Of a stretch of DNA of 64,000 bases, positions 28,337 through 37,035 are shown in pieces. Numbering within the stretch: the stretch's first letter is position 1; the number at the start of each line of letters is the position of its first letter. The notes beneath the pieces were generated by a model. It did not search any database and was not told the origin of the DNA. It saw only the letters and a list, made by a program, of their open reading frames with translations. The DNA is from Candidatus Latescibacterota bacterium (GTDB lineage Bacteria > Latescibacterota > UBA2968 > UBA8231): assembly GCA_964291625.2 (NCBI GenBank), contig OZ220089.1:320001-384000 (forward strand), given 5' to 3'. The translations under genes were made by a program, and so were the position numbers.

Positions 28337-29266
28337 TCAACGTCCCTCTCCTTCGTAGTACACCCAGAACCTGCTCGAGCGGAAGACGAGGGCGGTGAAG
28401 GCCATGATGATGACGAAGAGGATCCACGACAGGGCGCTCGCGTAGCCGATCTCGAAGTCGCCGAAGGCCTTGTTGTACAGATACAGCACGTAGAACAGGG
28501 TGGCCTTGTTGGGACCGCCCTGGGTCATCAGGAAGGCCTGTGTGAAGACCTGGAAGGAGCCGATGATGCCCATGACGAGGTTGAAGAACAGGGCCGGAGA
28601 GATCTGGGGCATGGTGACGAAGGCGAACTTTCTCCAGCTGCCGGCGCCGTCCAGCTCGGCGGCTTCGTAGAGGGACTCCGGGACATTCTGCAGGGCCGCC
28701 AGGAAGATCAGCATCGAGGCGCCAGTGCCCCACAGGCTCATGAGGATGAGGGCGGGCTTGGCCCACAGGTCGCTGAAGATCCACTTGGGAAGGGGCCAGC
28801 CCGCCGCTTGCTCCAGGCCGAGGGCCGCGAGCAGATGCCACGAGCGCAGGAGCACCGAGTTGAGGAGTCCGTACTCCGGGTTGAAGACCCAGAGCCACAT
28901 CATGATGGTCGCCACCCCCCCCACCAGGGCCGGCATGTAGAAGATGGTGCGGAAGAGGGCGATGCCGCGCAGGGGCTGGTTGAGGAGCAGGGCCAGGATG
29001 AGGGCCACGGCCAGACCCAGGGGGACGCTGATGAAGCTGTAGTAGGCGGTGTTCCACAGGGCGATGGCCACGTCGGGATCGGCGGCGGCCCGGGCGTAGT
29101 TGCCCAGTCCCACCCAGGCGATCGTCTCCGTGCTGATCCCGTCCCAGCGGATGAAGGCCAGCAGGAAGGAGACGATCATGGGGCCCAGGGCCAAGCCGAA
29201 GAAGCCGACGATCCAGGGCATGGCGAAGAGGTAGCCCGTCATGCTCTCCCGGGTCTGCAGATTCAT
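28337..29266 (-). CDS. Carbohydrate ABC transporter permease (MalF/UgpA-like)
   Basis: WVGLGNY, FRTIFYMP, LYEAAELDGAG, IGSFQVF, GYASALSW. Confidence 0.92.
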   Translation of the reverse strand: MNLQTRESMTGYLFAMPWIVGFFGLALGPMIVSFLLAFIRWDGISTETIAWVGLGNYARAAADPDVAIALWNTAYYSFISVPLGLAVALILALLLNQPLRGIALFRTIFYMPALVGGVATIMMWLWVFNPEYGLLNSVLLRSWHLLAALGLEQAAGWPLPKWIFSDLWAKPALILMSLWGTGASMLIFLAALQNVPESLYEAAELDGAGSWRKFAFVTMPQISPALFFNLVMGIIGSFQVFTQAFLMTQGGPNKATLFYVLYLYNKAFGDFEIGYASALSWILFVIIMAFTALVFRSSRFWVYYEGEGR

Positions 29267-29272
29267 GTCGCC

Positions 29273-30667
29273 CTACCCGCCCTTCCCGCCGGCGGACTCC
29301 ACCGCTGGCATGGCGAATCGCTCGGAGAGGTGTACGTTGCCCACCAGGTCCAGCAAGGTCTGGCGCGGCGTCTGCCGGCCGTCGAGCATCAGGTCGGTCT
29401 CGCTCGACATCTCCCGGGACATGAGGGCCCAGTCCACCGTGATCGGCTGGAAGCGCGAGTACTCGATCGCTTCGATGAAACGGCCGGCGCGGACCTCCGG
29501 GTTGGCGTCGATGAAGGCCTGACCCGCCGCCTTGAGGGCGGGAATCGAGCGCTGGTACCGGGCCACGGTCTCCTGGGCCTCGAGACCGAGGGCGAAGTGG
29601 ATGAACCTCCAGGCCTCGTCCTTCTTCCGCGATCCGCTGAACATCACCAGCGCGTCCCAGGTCACCCGCGTCGCCCGCCCCCCCGGGCCGGACGGGGTGT
29701 GGGCCACGTCGTAGCTCACCCCGGCGGCGTTGAGGGGAGGCATCGCCCACGGCCCGTTCACCTGCATCGCCACCCGGCCCGTCATGAAGGCCACGCCGCC
29801 GGTCTCCCCCAGCTCGTCCCGGTGGGGTGCCACGTGGTAGCGGTGGCGCAGGTCCTGCCAGAAGGCGAAGGAGGCCTCGGCCTCGGGGCCCCACAGGCGC
29901 CAGTGCCGCCGGGTCCGGTCGAGGTAGCGTCCGCCGTGGGCGAAGTGGAAGGGCATCCAGTAGACCCAGGAGGGCACCAGGAAGGCATAGCGGTCCATCC
30001 GGCCGTCGCCGTCGGCGTCCGCTGTCAGTCGCCGGCAGGTGGCGAGGAACTCGTCCATCGTCCAGTGGTCCGGCGGCTCCGGCAGCCCCGCCTCCCGGAA
30101 GGCGTCGCGGTTGTAGAGAATCAGGCAGTTGCCGCCGAAGACGGGGATCCCGTAGGTCCGGCCCTCGACCTGGAAGTGGGGCACCGAGGTCTCGAAGAAG
30201 TCGCTGTCCAGGTCGAGGGGCCGGTCCGGCTGCCGGCAGTAGTCATCGAGGGCCTCGAACTTGCCGCTGGAGACGAAGCGCGGGAACGGCTCGTCCTGGA
30301 ACATCAGGACATCCGGTGCCTCGTCGGCGAGCAAGAGTTGCTGGATCTTCTCGCTGTAGCGGTCCGTGATGTACTCGCGCTTGACGCGGATCTCCGGGTG
30401 GCGCCGCCGGAAAGCCTGGATGATCTCCCCCCACATCTGGTGCTCGCGGTAGGAGCCCCAGTAGGCAAAGCGCAGGGCCGACTCCTTCCCGGCGTGGTAG
30501 TAGGCGTAGGTGTCGCCGAACATCCAGAAGCCGGCCCCCAAGGTGAACAGTGCGAAGGACCCCCAGCCCGCGGGGCGGGAAAGGCCCTGGGCCCCTGTCC
30601 GTCCCGCCAGCCAGGCCGCGCCTCCGGCCGCGGCGGCCAGCAGCCACAGGACCCATTCACTCGGCAC
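29273..30667 (-). CDS. Sugar ABC transporter substrate-binding protein (family 1)
   Basis: LRFAYWGS, APDV, TYGIP, LYNRDAFREAGL...WT, FMTGRVAM...GPW, DEAWRFI. Confidence 0.88.
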   Translation of the reverse strand: MPSEWVLWLLAAAAGGAAWLAGRTGAQGLSRPAGWGSFALFTLGAGFWMFGDTYAYYHAGKESALRFAYWGSYREHQMWGEIIQAFRRRHPEIRVKREYITDRYSEKIQQLLLADEAPDVLMFQDEPFPRFVSSGKFEALDDYCRQPDRPLDLDSDFFETSVPHFQVEGRTYGIPVFGGNCLILYNRDAFREAGLPEPPDHWTMDEFLATCRRLTADADGDGRMDRYAFLVPSWVYWMPFHFAHGGRYLDRTRRHWRLWGPEAEASFAFWQDLRHRYHVAPHRDELGETGGVAFMTGRVAMQVNGPWAMPPLNAAGVSYDVAHTPSGPGGRATRVTWDALVMFSGSRKKDEAWRFIHFALGLEAQETVARYQRSIPALKAAGQAFIDANPEVRAGRFIEAIEYSRFQPITVDWALMSREMSSETDLMLDGRQTPRQTLLDLVGNVHLSERFAMPAVESAGGKGG

Positions 30668-30703
30668 GTGGACAGCTCACGCGCACCCGCCTAGGGTTGG
30701 CGT

Positions 30704-31792
30704 ATGCAGCACGTCGTCATCTACCGCGAGGCCGGCCGCTACGCGGGCTGGCCCGCCAACTACGGCATCTGGTCGTGGGGCGACGAGATCGTCGTCGGCT
30801 TCACCCTCGGCTACCACGACATGGGCGGCGGCTTCCACGCGCGGGACCGCTCGCGGCCCTTCGTCGGCATGCAGGCGCGCAGCCTGGACGGCGGCGTCAC
30901 CTGGACAGCGGGGTCGACCCCGTGCCGGGCGCCCGGAGGCCGCGGCCTGTCCGCCGACGAGCACATGACCCCGGGCCTGCGCGTCGGCGAGGCCCTCGGC
31001 GCCGAGGGCAGGATTCCCGAGTCCCCCGGCGGCTTCGACTTCTCCCATCCCGACTTCGCCCTCATGTGCGCCAAGACGGGGCTGAACGCCGGCACCGTCT
31101 CGTTCTTCTACATCTCCACGGACCGGTGCGCCTCCTGGCGCGGACCGTTCGGGCTTCCCATGTACAGCCCGACCGGCGTCGAAGCACGTACCGACTACCT
31201 GGTCGACGGCCGGCGCACCTGCACCCTCTTCCTGACCGCCACCAAGGCCGACGGCCGGGAGGGACGCGTGCTCTGCGCCCGAACCGACGACGGCGGGCTC
31301 ACCTTTCCGCTGCGCGGTTGGATCGGACCCGAGCCCGAGGGCTTCCGCATCATGCCCGCGGGCCTGCGGCTCTCGCCCTCCCGCCTGCTTGCGGCCGTGC
31401 GCTGCCGCGGCCCCGAGGATGCCGGCCCGGCCCGCAACTGGATCGACCTCTACGCTTCCGAAGACGACGGAATCACCTGGGCCCTGATGGCCCGCCCCGT
31501 GGAGAGCACGGGCGTCGGGGGCAATCCCCCCACCCTCGACCGGCTGCACGACGGCCGTCTCTGCCTGGTCTACGGGTACCGGGACGCGCCCCATCAGATG
31601 CACGCCCGGTTGAGCGCGGACGAAGGGACCACGTGGGGTAACCCCATCGTGCTGCGCGACCACGCCGGGTGCCACGATATCGGCTACCCCCGCACCGTGC
31701 AGCGGCCCGACGGCACCGTGGTGACGGTCTACTACTTCTGCGACCGGCCCGACGGCGAGCGCTATCTCGCCGCGACTTTGTGGCGTCCCTAG
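30704..31792 (+). CDS. BNR/Asp-box beta-propeller, sialidase-like protein
   Basis: Asp boxes SLDGGVTW, TDDGGLTF, SEDDGITW, SADEGTTW; DIGYP near the C-terminus; no signal peptide. Confidence 0.8.
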   Translation: MQHVVIYREAGRYAGWPANYGIWSWGDEIVVGFTLGYHDMGGGFHARDRSRPFVGMQARSLDGGVTWTAGSTPCRAPGGRGLSADEHMTPGLRVGEALGAEGRIPESPGGFDFSHPDFALMCAKTGLNAGTVSFFYISTDRCASWRGPFGLPMYSPTGVEARTDYLVDGRRTCTLFLTATKADGREGRVLCARTDDGGLTFPLRGWIGPEPEGFRIMPAGLRLSPSRLLAAVRCRGPEDAGPARNWIDLYASEDDGITWALMARPVESTGVGGNPPTLDRLHDGRLCLVYGYRDAPHQMHARLSADEGTTWGNPIVLRDHAGCHDIGYPRTVQRPDGTVVTVYYFCDRPDGERYLAATLWRP

Positions 31793-33673
31793 AGAGAGAC
31801 GGCTTCCCGGGGGCCCGCGCCGGCGCACCGCCTGACGGGGGCGCCCCAGCAGGTCCTTCAGCTGCCCCTCGACCCTGGTCATGAAGGACGGGTCGAGCCC
31901 CGGCTCCGGAACGACGAAGGGCAGGCGTCCCAGACACTCCTCCAGGCGCCCCTGCTCCTCCGGCGTCAGCCCGCGGCCGGAGTGGCGTATGGCCTGGGCC
32001 CACCGCGCTGCCGCCCACATGTCTCCCACCGCCGTGAAGGGGGCCTGGCGCCGGCTGGCGGCGTAGTAGGCCTGGGCCCGGGACATGTCCCCGGCGGCGA
32101 AGAGCCGGTCCGCCACCTTCAGGACCAGCGGAACCTCCACCGGATGGCGCGTGCGCTCCAGGACCCCCTGGCGCTCCGCCCGGGTCAGCTGCCGCCACCG
32201 CTCTCCGGCCCGGCGCCGGAGGCGGATGGCGTTGTGGGCGTTGTAGCGGTCCAGGGGAGGGCTGGCCAGCAGCTCGGCCATGTTGTGGTCCACCTGCCAC
32301 CGCAGCACCGGAAGATCGCCCAGTTGCCGCCCGTAGTCGTCGTCCTCCCGGAGGCGTCCGTCGTCCACGGCGGGCGCGGCGGCAGCCGGGACCTCGGCCA
32401 TGGCGGCCAGGATGGTGCGCGCCATCAGGATCTGCCCGGCGATGGAAGGGTGTACGTGGTCGACCATCAGTTCCCGGCCCACTCCCTCCGGGGGCGCAGC
32501 CTCCGCGAAGGCCCTGGCCACGTCGGCCAGCACGGCGCCGCTCTCCGAGGCCGAGGCGCGAATGGCGCGGTTGTGGCTCTCGGGGGCGCGCCAGGGCATG
32601 GTGTCCAGCTCGCGCGCCCCGGCGAAGGCCGCGCGCGCTTCCCCGGGGCGATCGAGGCGCACCAGGGCCCGCCCCTTGAGGTACTGGAGCCAGGCGCTGC
32701 CGCCGGCCAGGGCTTCGGCGTCCTCGAGCCGGGCCATCGCCCCGGCAGCGGCCTCGGGGTCGACCCCATCCTGCAGCAGCGCCTCGGCGGCCATCGCCAG
32801 GTGCCGCTCCCAGGTGGAGAGCTGCTCGGCCGGAAGCCCCGGCCTCTCGGTGCCGGCCGGCGCGAAGCCGGCGTCGTTGGCGGCCAGGGTGCACAGGATC
32901 ACGGGAACCCCCGCGCGCCGGCAGGTCCCGGCCATGCGGGAGAGATTGGCCCGGAGGCCGGCGGGGGCCGACTGCCGGCGGGGATCTTCCAGCGACAGCG
33001 AGCCGCCCTCTTCGCCGAGGACCTGGATCAGGTCGGCGCCGGTGACCTCGGCGCCCAGGACGCGGCCGAGGAGAGAGTGCAGCATCCAGGGAATGTGCCC
33101 GTCCGCGAGGGCGTGGCGGAGGCGGTTGCCCAGGGAACTCCACCGGCTGCCCGCTCCGTAGATGCCGTAGTACTCGTTGTGCCCGGCGTAGGCCACGACC
33201 AGGTCGGGCTCCAGCCCCATGGCGTCCTCCAGCACCTCGGCCACCGCACCGCTGGCCAGGGCGGTGATGCCCAGGTTGAAGACCTGCACCTCCCGTCCGG
33301 GCCAGGCATCCTTCAGCATGGCCTCGAGGAAGGCGGCGGCCGAGAGGGAGGGAGGATGGGGGAACCCCTTCACCGTGGAGGCGCCCACGAAGGCGACTCG
33401 GAAAGGGGCGGGGGACGCGGGTTCGAGGAAGGGGTGGGCATCCATGCTGCCCCTCGCGACGAGCCGGCCCTGGTGGCGGCCGAGGAAGTAGCGCTTCGGG
33501 TACGACGGGTTGACGCTGCGCAACCGCTGCCTCCCGTGCTCGGACATGGTCAGCAGGAACGGCGGCGGTCCACCGGCCTTCACCAGCCGCAGACCCGCCT
33601 CTGCCGCCGCCAGGACGCCGAAGCCCAGGGCGAGGGCCGCCAGCCGAGGCCTCCAGGCCCGCCGCTCCGCCAT
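31789..33673 (-). CDS. Membrane-anchored SGNH/GDSL-like + TPR protein; true stop probably lost to a 1-nt indel
   Basis: N-terminal TM (AEAGLRL), VGASTVKG, QVFNLG, YAGHNEYYG, ARELDTMPWRA, DHVHPSIAG. As given, the frame reads through the antisense of the sialidase-like gene to 30677. Confidence 0.72.
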
Positions 33674-33680
33674 GGCAGGG

Positions 33681-34517
33681 TCAGGGACCGCTCCGGAGCA
33701 GGCGGGCCCCGATCGAGGCGGCACGGGCCCCGGGCGCCGCATGAAAGCGGTTGGCGGACCTCAGACGCTGGGCGCCGCTGTGGTGGAAGTACCCGCCCCG
33801 GTAGACCCGCTGCTCACCGGCGGACGGACCCGGCGGATCGGTTCCGGGTGCGCGGCCGTAGTAGTCGGCGGCGTACCAGTCCTGCACCCACTCGCACACA
33901 TTGCCGTGCATGTCGTGGAGCCCCCACCGATTGGGACGTCGGGTAGCCACGGCCTGGGCGTGGCGCCTTCCCGCGTCCCAGGTGTTGCCCGTGTGCCAGG
34001 CGTGGTCACCGAGGAGGGACGGGTCGTCGCCGAAGGACCAGCGGGTCGTGGTCCCGGCCCGGCAGGCGTACTCCCACTCCGCCTCGGTAGGGAGGCGGTA
34101 GAGATCCGCGGCGGCCAGGGTGTTCATCCGGTCCACGAACCCCTGCACCTGGTCCCAGGAGACGTTCACCGCCGGGTACTCCGGCCCCTCCTCCACGAAG
34201 TCCAGGCCCGCCCACGGCCGGCTGCCCATGACGGCCACCCACTGGGCCTGGGTGATCTCGGTGCGGCCCAGGTGGAAGGGCCGCGAGATCCTCACCTCCC
34301 GGAGGGGGCTTTCGTCCGCGTCCCTGCCCGGCTCGGTGACCGGCGAGCCCCTGAGAAAGGCACCGGAGTCAATCCGAACGAAGGCCATCTCCGCGCCGCC
34401 CGGCAGCTCCACCACCAGGGCAGGGTTGCCCCCGTCCGCCACATCCCCCTCCGGCGCACAGCCCAGGCCGAGGGCTCCCGAGGCCAGCATTGCCATCTGC
34501 CTTGCCACCGAGGGCAT
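33681..34517 (-). CDS. Formylglycine-generating-enzyme (SUMF1) fold lipoprotein
   Basis: LGC lipobox; TEITQAQW, PAVNVSW, YRLPTEAEWEYACRAG, PNRWGLHDMHGNVCEW, RVYRGG. Confidence 0.9.
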   Translation of the reverse strand: MPSVARQMAMLASGALGLGCAPEGDVADGGNPALVVELPGGAEMAFVRIDSGAFLRGSPVTEPGRDADESPLREVRISRPFHLGRTEITQAQWVAVMGSRPWAGLDFVEEGPEYPAVNVSWDQVQGFVDRMNTLAAADLYRLPTEAEWEYACRAGTTTRWSFGDDPSLLGDHAWHTGNTWDAGRRHAQAVATRRPNRWGLHDMHGNVCEWVQDWYAADYYGRAPGTDPPGPSAGEQRVYRGGYFHHSGAQRLRSANRFHAAPGARAASIGARLLRSGP

Positions 34518-34520
34518 GGC

Positions 34521-35771
34521 TCAGTACACGGATTCAGGGCGCGTGTCGATGAATCCGACGGTGCAGTCCACCGTCACCCGGGCGGACAGCCCCTGCATGA
34601 CCTGCGAGACCAGGTCCGGAGCCTGCCGGCCGCCCGGCTGCCCCGCCTCCGCCGTGTCGGCGGCCGCCCCGCCTGGCCTCATGGGGCCGCCGGAGGGCCG
34701 GAAGCGCCAGCCGCGGATCCGGGCGGCGAGGCAATCCCCCACCGCCTCGCTGACCACCGTGGAGGAGAGGGCTTCCGCCTCGGCGACCGTGCCGGGCGGC
34801 AGGATCACGAAGCGGACCGACACCTCTCCCTCCGAGGCCTTGCCGGCCATGGACTCCCTGGCAAAGCACTCGTTCAGCTCGTCCAGGCGGGACTTGATGT
34901 AGGCCTCCACGGCGGTGACGTCGCGCGTGATGTCCCCCGTCACGTTGCCGGTCACCCGGGTGCCGGGCAGCAACTCGGCGCGCGACACCTCCCTGGAGAC
35001 GGTCTGGCGCTGCTCCTCCCAGGCCGCCACCCCGATCTCCCGGTCGAAGTCGAACCCGATGTCGATCGTCTCCAGGGGCTTGCCGAAGGTGTTGAACTTG
35101 AGGACGAAGTCCCGCAGGTTGAGCCGGACCTGCTCGACCTCCGCGTCCAGTGGGTCGAAGACGATGAATCCCCCGTACTCCTCGCCCCGGAAGACCCGCT
35201 CCCCTACGCCGTAGTTGTTGGTCCGCACCAGACCCATGCGCATGTTGAAGCGGTAGTACTCGTTGCCGCTCGGTCCCCTCAGGCTCCGGTAGTAGGACTC
35301 GAAGTTCCTCGGCGACGAACCGGCCAGGACTCCGTAGGGCTCGAGGAGCTCTCCGGGACGGTCGGTGGTCAGGAACGAACGCAGCGGCTGCAGCTCGACC
35401 TTGGCGAAGGAGTAGTTGTGCACGGTGACCCGGAAGACGGTGAACCGGTTGCGCACGTACCCGACAGCCGGGTCGATGTAGTCACCGTAGGTGTACGGAT
35501 TCGTCGAGTACTCCCCCTGGCTGGACTCGGCCGGGAAGAGATCGTTCAGCCGCTGGTCGGTCATGTGCTCCACGTCGATCCTCAAACCCTCCAGGCCATA
35601 GGAGACGGTGCCCCCCTCGCCGACCGTGAAGCTCTCTCCCTGGTCCTCCAGGGCGGTGAGGGAGGAGGTGCGCTGGTAGATCGGCGGGTAGATGACGCTG
35701 CAACTGAGAAGGGCTGGCACGAGGAGGGCCAGAAGCGGCGCCGTCGGGAGGCTTCGGCAGTGGTTTCTCAT
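34521..35771 (-). CDS. Lipoprotein with C-terminal AgmX/PglI (TonB-C-like) domain
   Basis: Lipobox LLSC; C-terminal ELNECF...GEVSVRFVILPPGTV...VGDCLAARIRGWRF. Confidence 0.75.
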   Translation of the reverse strand: MRNHCRSLPTAPLLALLVPALLSCSVIYPPIYQRTSSLTALEDQGESFTVGEGGTVSYGLEGLRIDVEHMTDQRLNDLFPAESSQGEYSTNPYTYGDYIDPAVGYVRNRFTVFRVTVHNYSFAKVELQPLRSFLTTDRPGELLEPYGVLAGSSPRNFESYYRSLRGPSGNEYYRFNMRMGLVRTNNYGVGERVFRGEEYGGFIVFDPLDAEVEQVRLNLRDFVLKFNTFGKPLETIDIGFDFDREIGVAAWEEQRQTVSREVSRAELLPGTRVTGNVTGDITRDVTAVEAYIKSRLDELNECFARESMAGKASEGEVSVRFVILPPGTVAEAEALSSTVVSEAVGDCLAARIRGWRFRPSGGPMRPGGAAADTAEAGQPGGRQAPDLVSQVMQGLSARVTVDCTVGFIDTRPESVY

Positions 35772-35805
35772 GGTCGTTGAAGCACCCCTCTTCGAGGAGG
35801 CCGGG

Positions 35806-37035
35806 TCACTGGCGGCCGGCCTGGTTGTAGAAGTCGATCTGCTGCTGGGCGATGGAGCCCTTCTGGGTGAGGGCGAAGACCACGAGGTTGACGCCGAGCT
35901 TCAGCTGGGGCTCGTTCTCCGTCTCCCGCTCCCAGAGCGCTCCGTAGCCCTTGTCCGAGTAGACGGCCACCAGCCGGTCCCGGAGGTAGATGCCCTCCAG
36001 CCAGTAGGAGGGCCGTCGGGTAGCCGCGTACTGGTTGGACGCGTTGAGCACCTCCCCGCCCAGGGGGGGGCCGCCGTCGAAATCGAAGAAGACGTGGTAG
36101 ATGGGGTTGTCGTCCCGTAGCGGCACGAAGCGGGCATCCCGACCCAGGGCCTCCTTGAACATCGCCTTCATCGAGGCCTCGGCGGGGCCGTACTCCAGGC
36201 GCGGAGCGTCGTTGTCCGCGAGCACGAAACCGCCGTTGCGCAGGTACTTCCCGAGGTTGGCCGCCTCGTGCTTGGTCAGCTCGAAGGCCGACCGCGTGGT
36301 GATGTACACGAAGGGGGCCTTGAAGAGGGCCTGGGAGTCGAGGTACATCTGCTCGTCCACCTTGGCCTCGATCCGCGTCCAGTTGTTGATCCAGCGGGCC
36401 AGCTGAAGCAGCGCCCGGGGCCGCGAGGGCTCCAGGATGGTCCCCCAGGCGCGCGCCAGGTAGACGAAGCCGGTGACGTTGGTCTTGTCCGTGGGATCCT
36501 GGATCACCATTCCCTTGTACTTGCCGGTGTTGATGGCCGACAGGTCCAGGAACTCCGCCTGCATGTCGATCCGTCTCTCGGGCTCCTTCATGCTGGCGAT
36601 GCTGACCGCCTCGAACTGAGGCATCGCCACCACGGCGTCGCCGAGGCCGGTGCCCGCTGCCACGGTGAACTCCGCGCTTCCTCCGGTCCGGCTCCACATG
36701 CGCGTGCCCACCGGCATGCCCGCGCTCACCATGCGCCGTCCGCTGACCGTGGTGGTGGTGCGGTCCCCGCTCGAGCGGACAACGGGGGCGCCTTCGGGAA
36801 CGGCCTCCTTCCTGAAGGCGAACTCCCGGGTCAGCTGCGGCTCGGGCAGGAAGAAGGGGGTCTTCTCCTCGTCCCACTCGATGCGGGCCACCACCTCCTC
36901 CTCTTCCTCCGCCTGTGGCACCAGGTAGAGAAAGAGGGCCAGGGCGTGGAGTGCCGCCGAGGCCGCCAGACCGGCGTGAAAGAGGCGCCGGTTGCGCGAC
37001 AGGACCGTCAGGGAGCCGCTCTGCCGGGGGCTCAC
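35806..37035 (-). CDS. DUF4159-domain protein with TonB/TolA-like N-terminal TM anchor
   Basis: GTG start overlaps the TPR gene stop; TM AASAALHALALFLYL; DUF4159-like PFVYIT...NLGKYLRNGGFVLADN...NPIYHVFFDF...LEGIY...LKLGVNLVVFALT. Confidence 0.8.
   Translation of the reverse strand: MSPRQSGSLTVLSRNRRLFHAGLAASAALHALALFLYLVPQAEEEEEVVARIEWDEEKTPFFLPEPQLTREFAFRKEAVPEGAPVVRSSGDRTTTTVSGRRMVSAGMPVGTRMWSRTGGSAEFTVAAGTGLGDAVVAMPQFEAVSIASMKEPERRIDMQAEFLDLSAINTGKYKGMVIQDPTDKTNVTGFVYLARAWGTILEPSRPRALLQLARWINNWTRIEAKVDEQMYLDSQALFKAPFVYITTRSAFELTKHEAANLGKYLRNGGFVLADNDAPRLEYGPAEASMKAMFKEALGRDARFVPLRDDNPIYHVFFDFDGGPPLGGEVLNASNQYAATRRPSYWLEGIYLRDRLVAVYSDKGYGALWERETENEPQLKLGVNLVVFALTQKGSIAQQQIDFYNQAGRQ

Noticed and set aside
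27462-29894. 810-aa ABC permease ORF
   Set aside because: The N-terminal ~520 aa overlap two real genes in another frame; only 27462-28316/28340 is permease-like.
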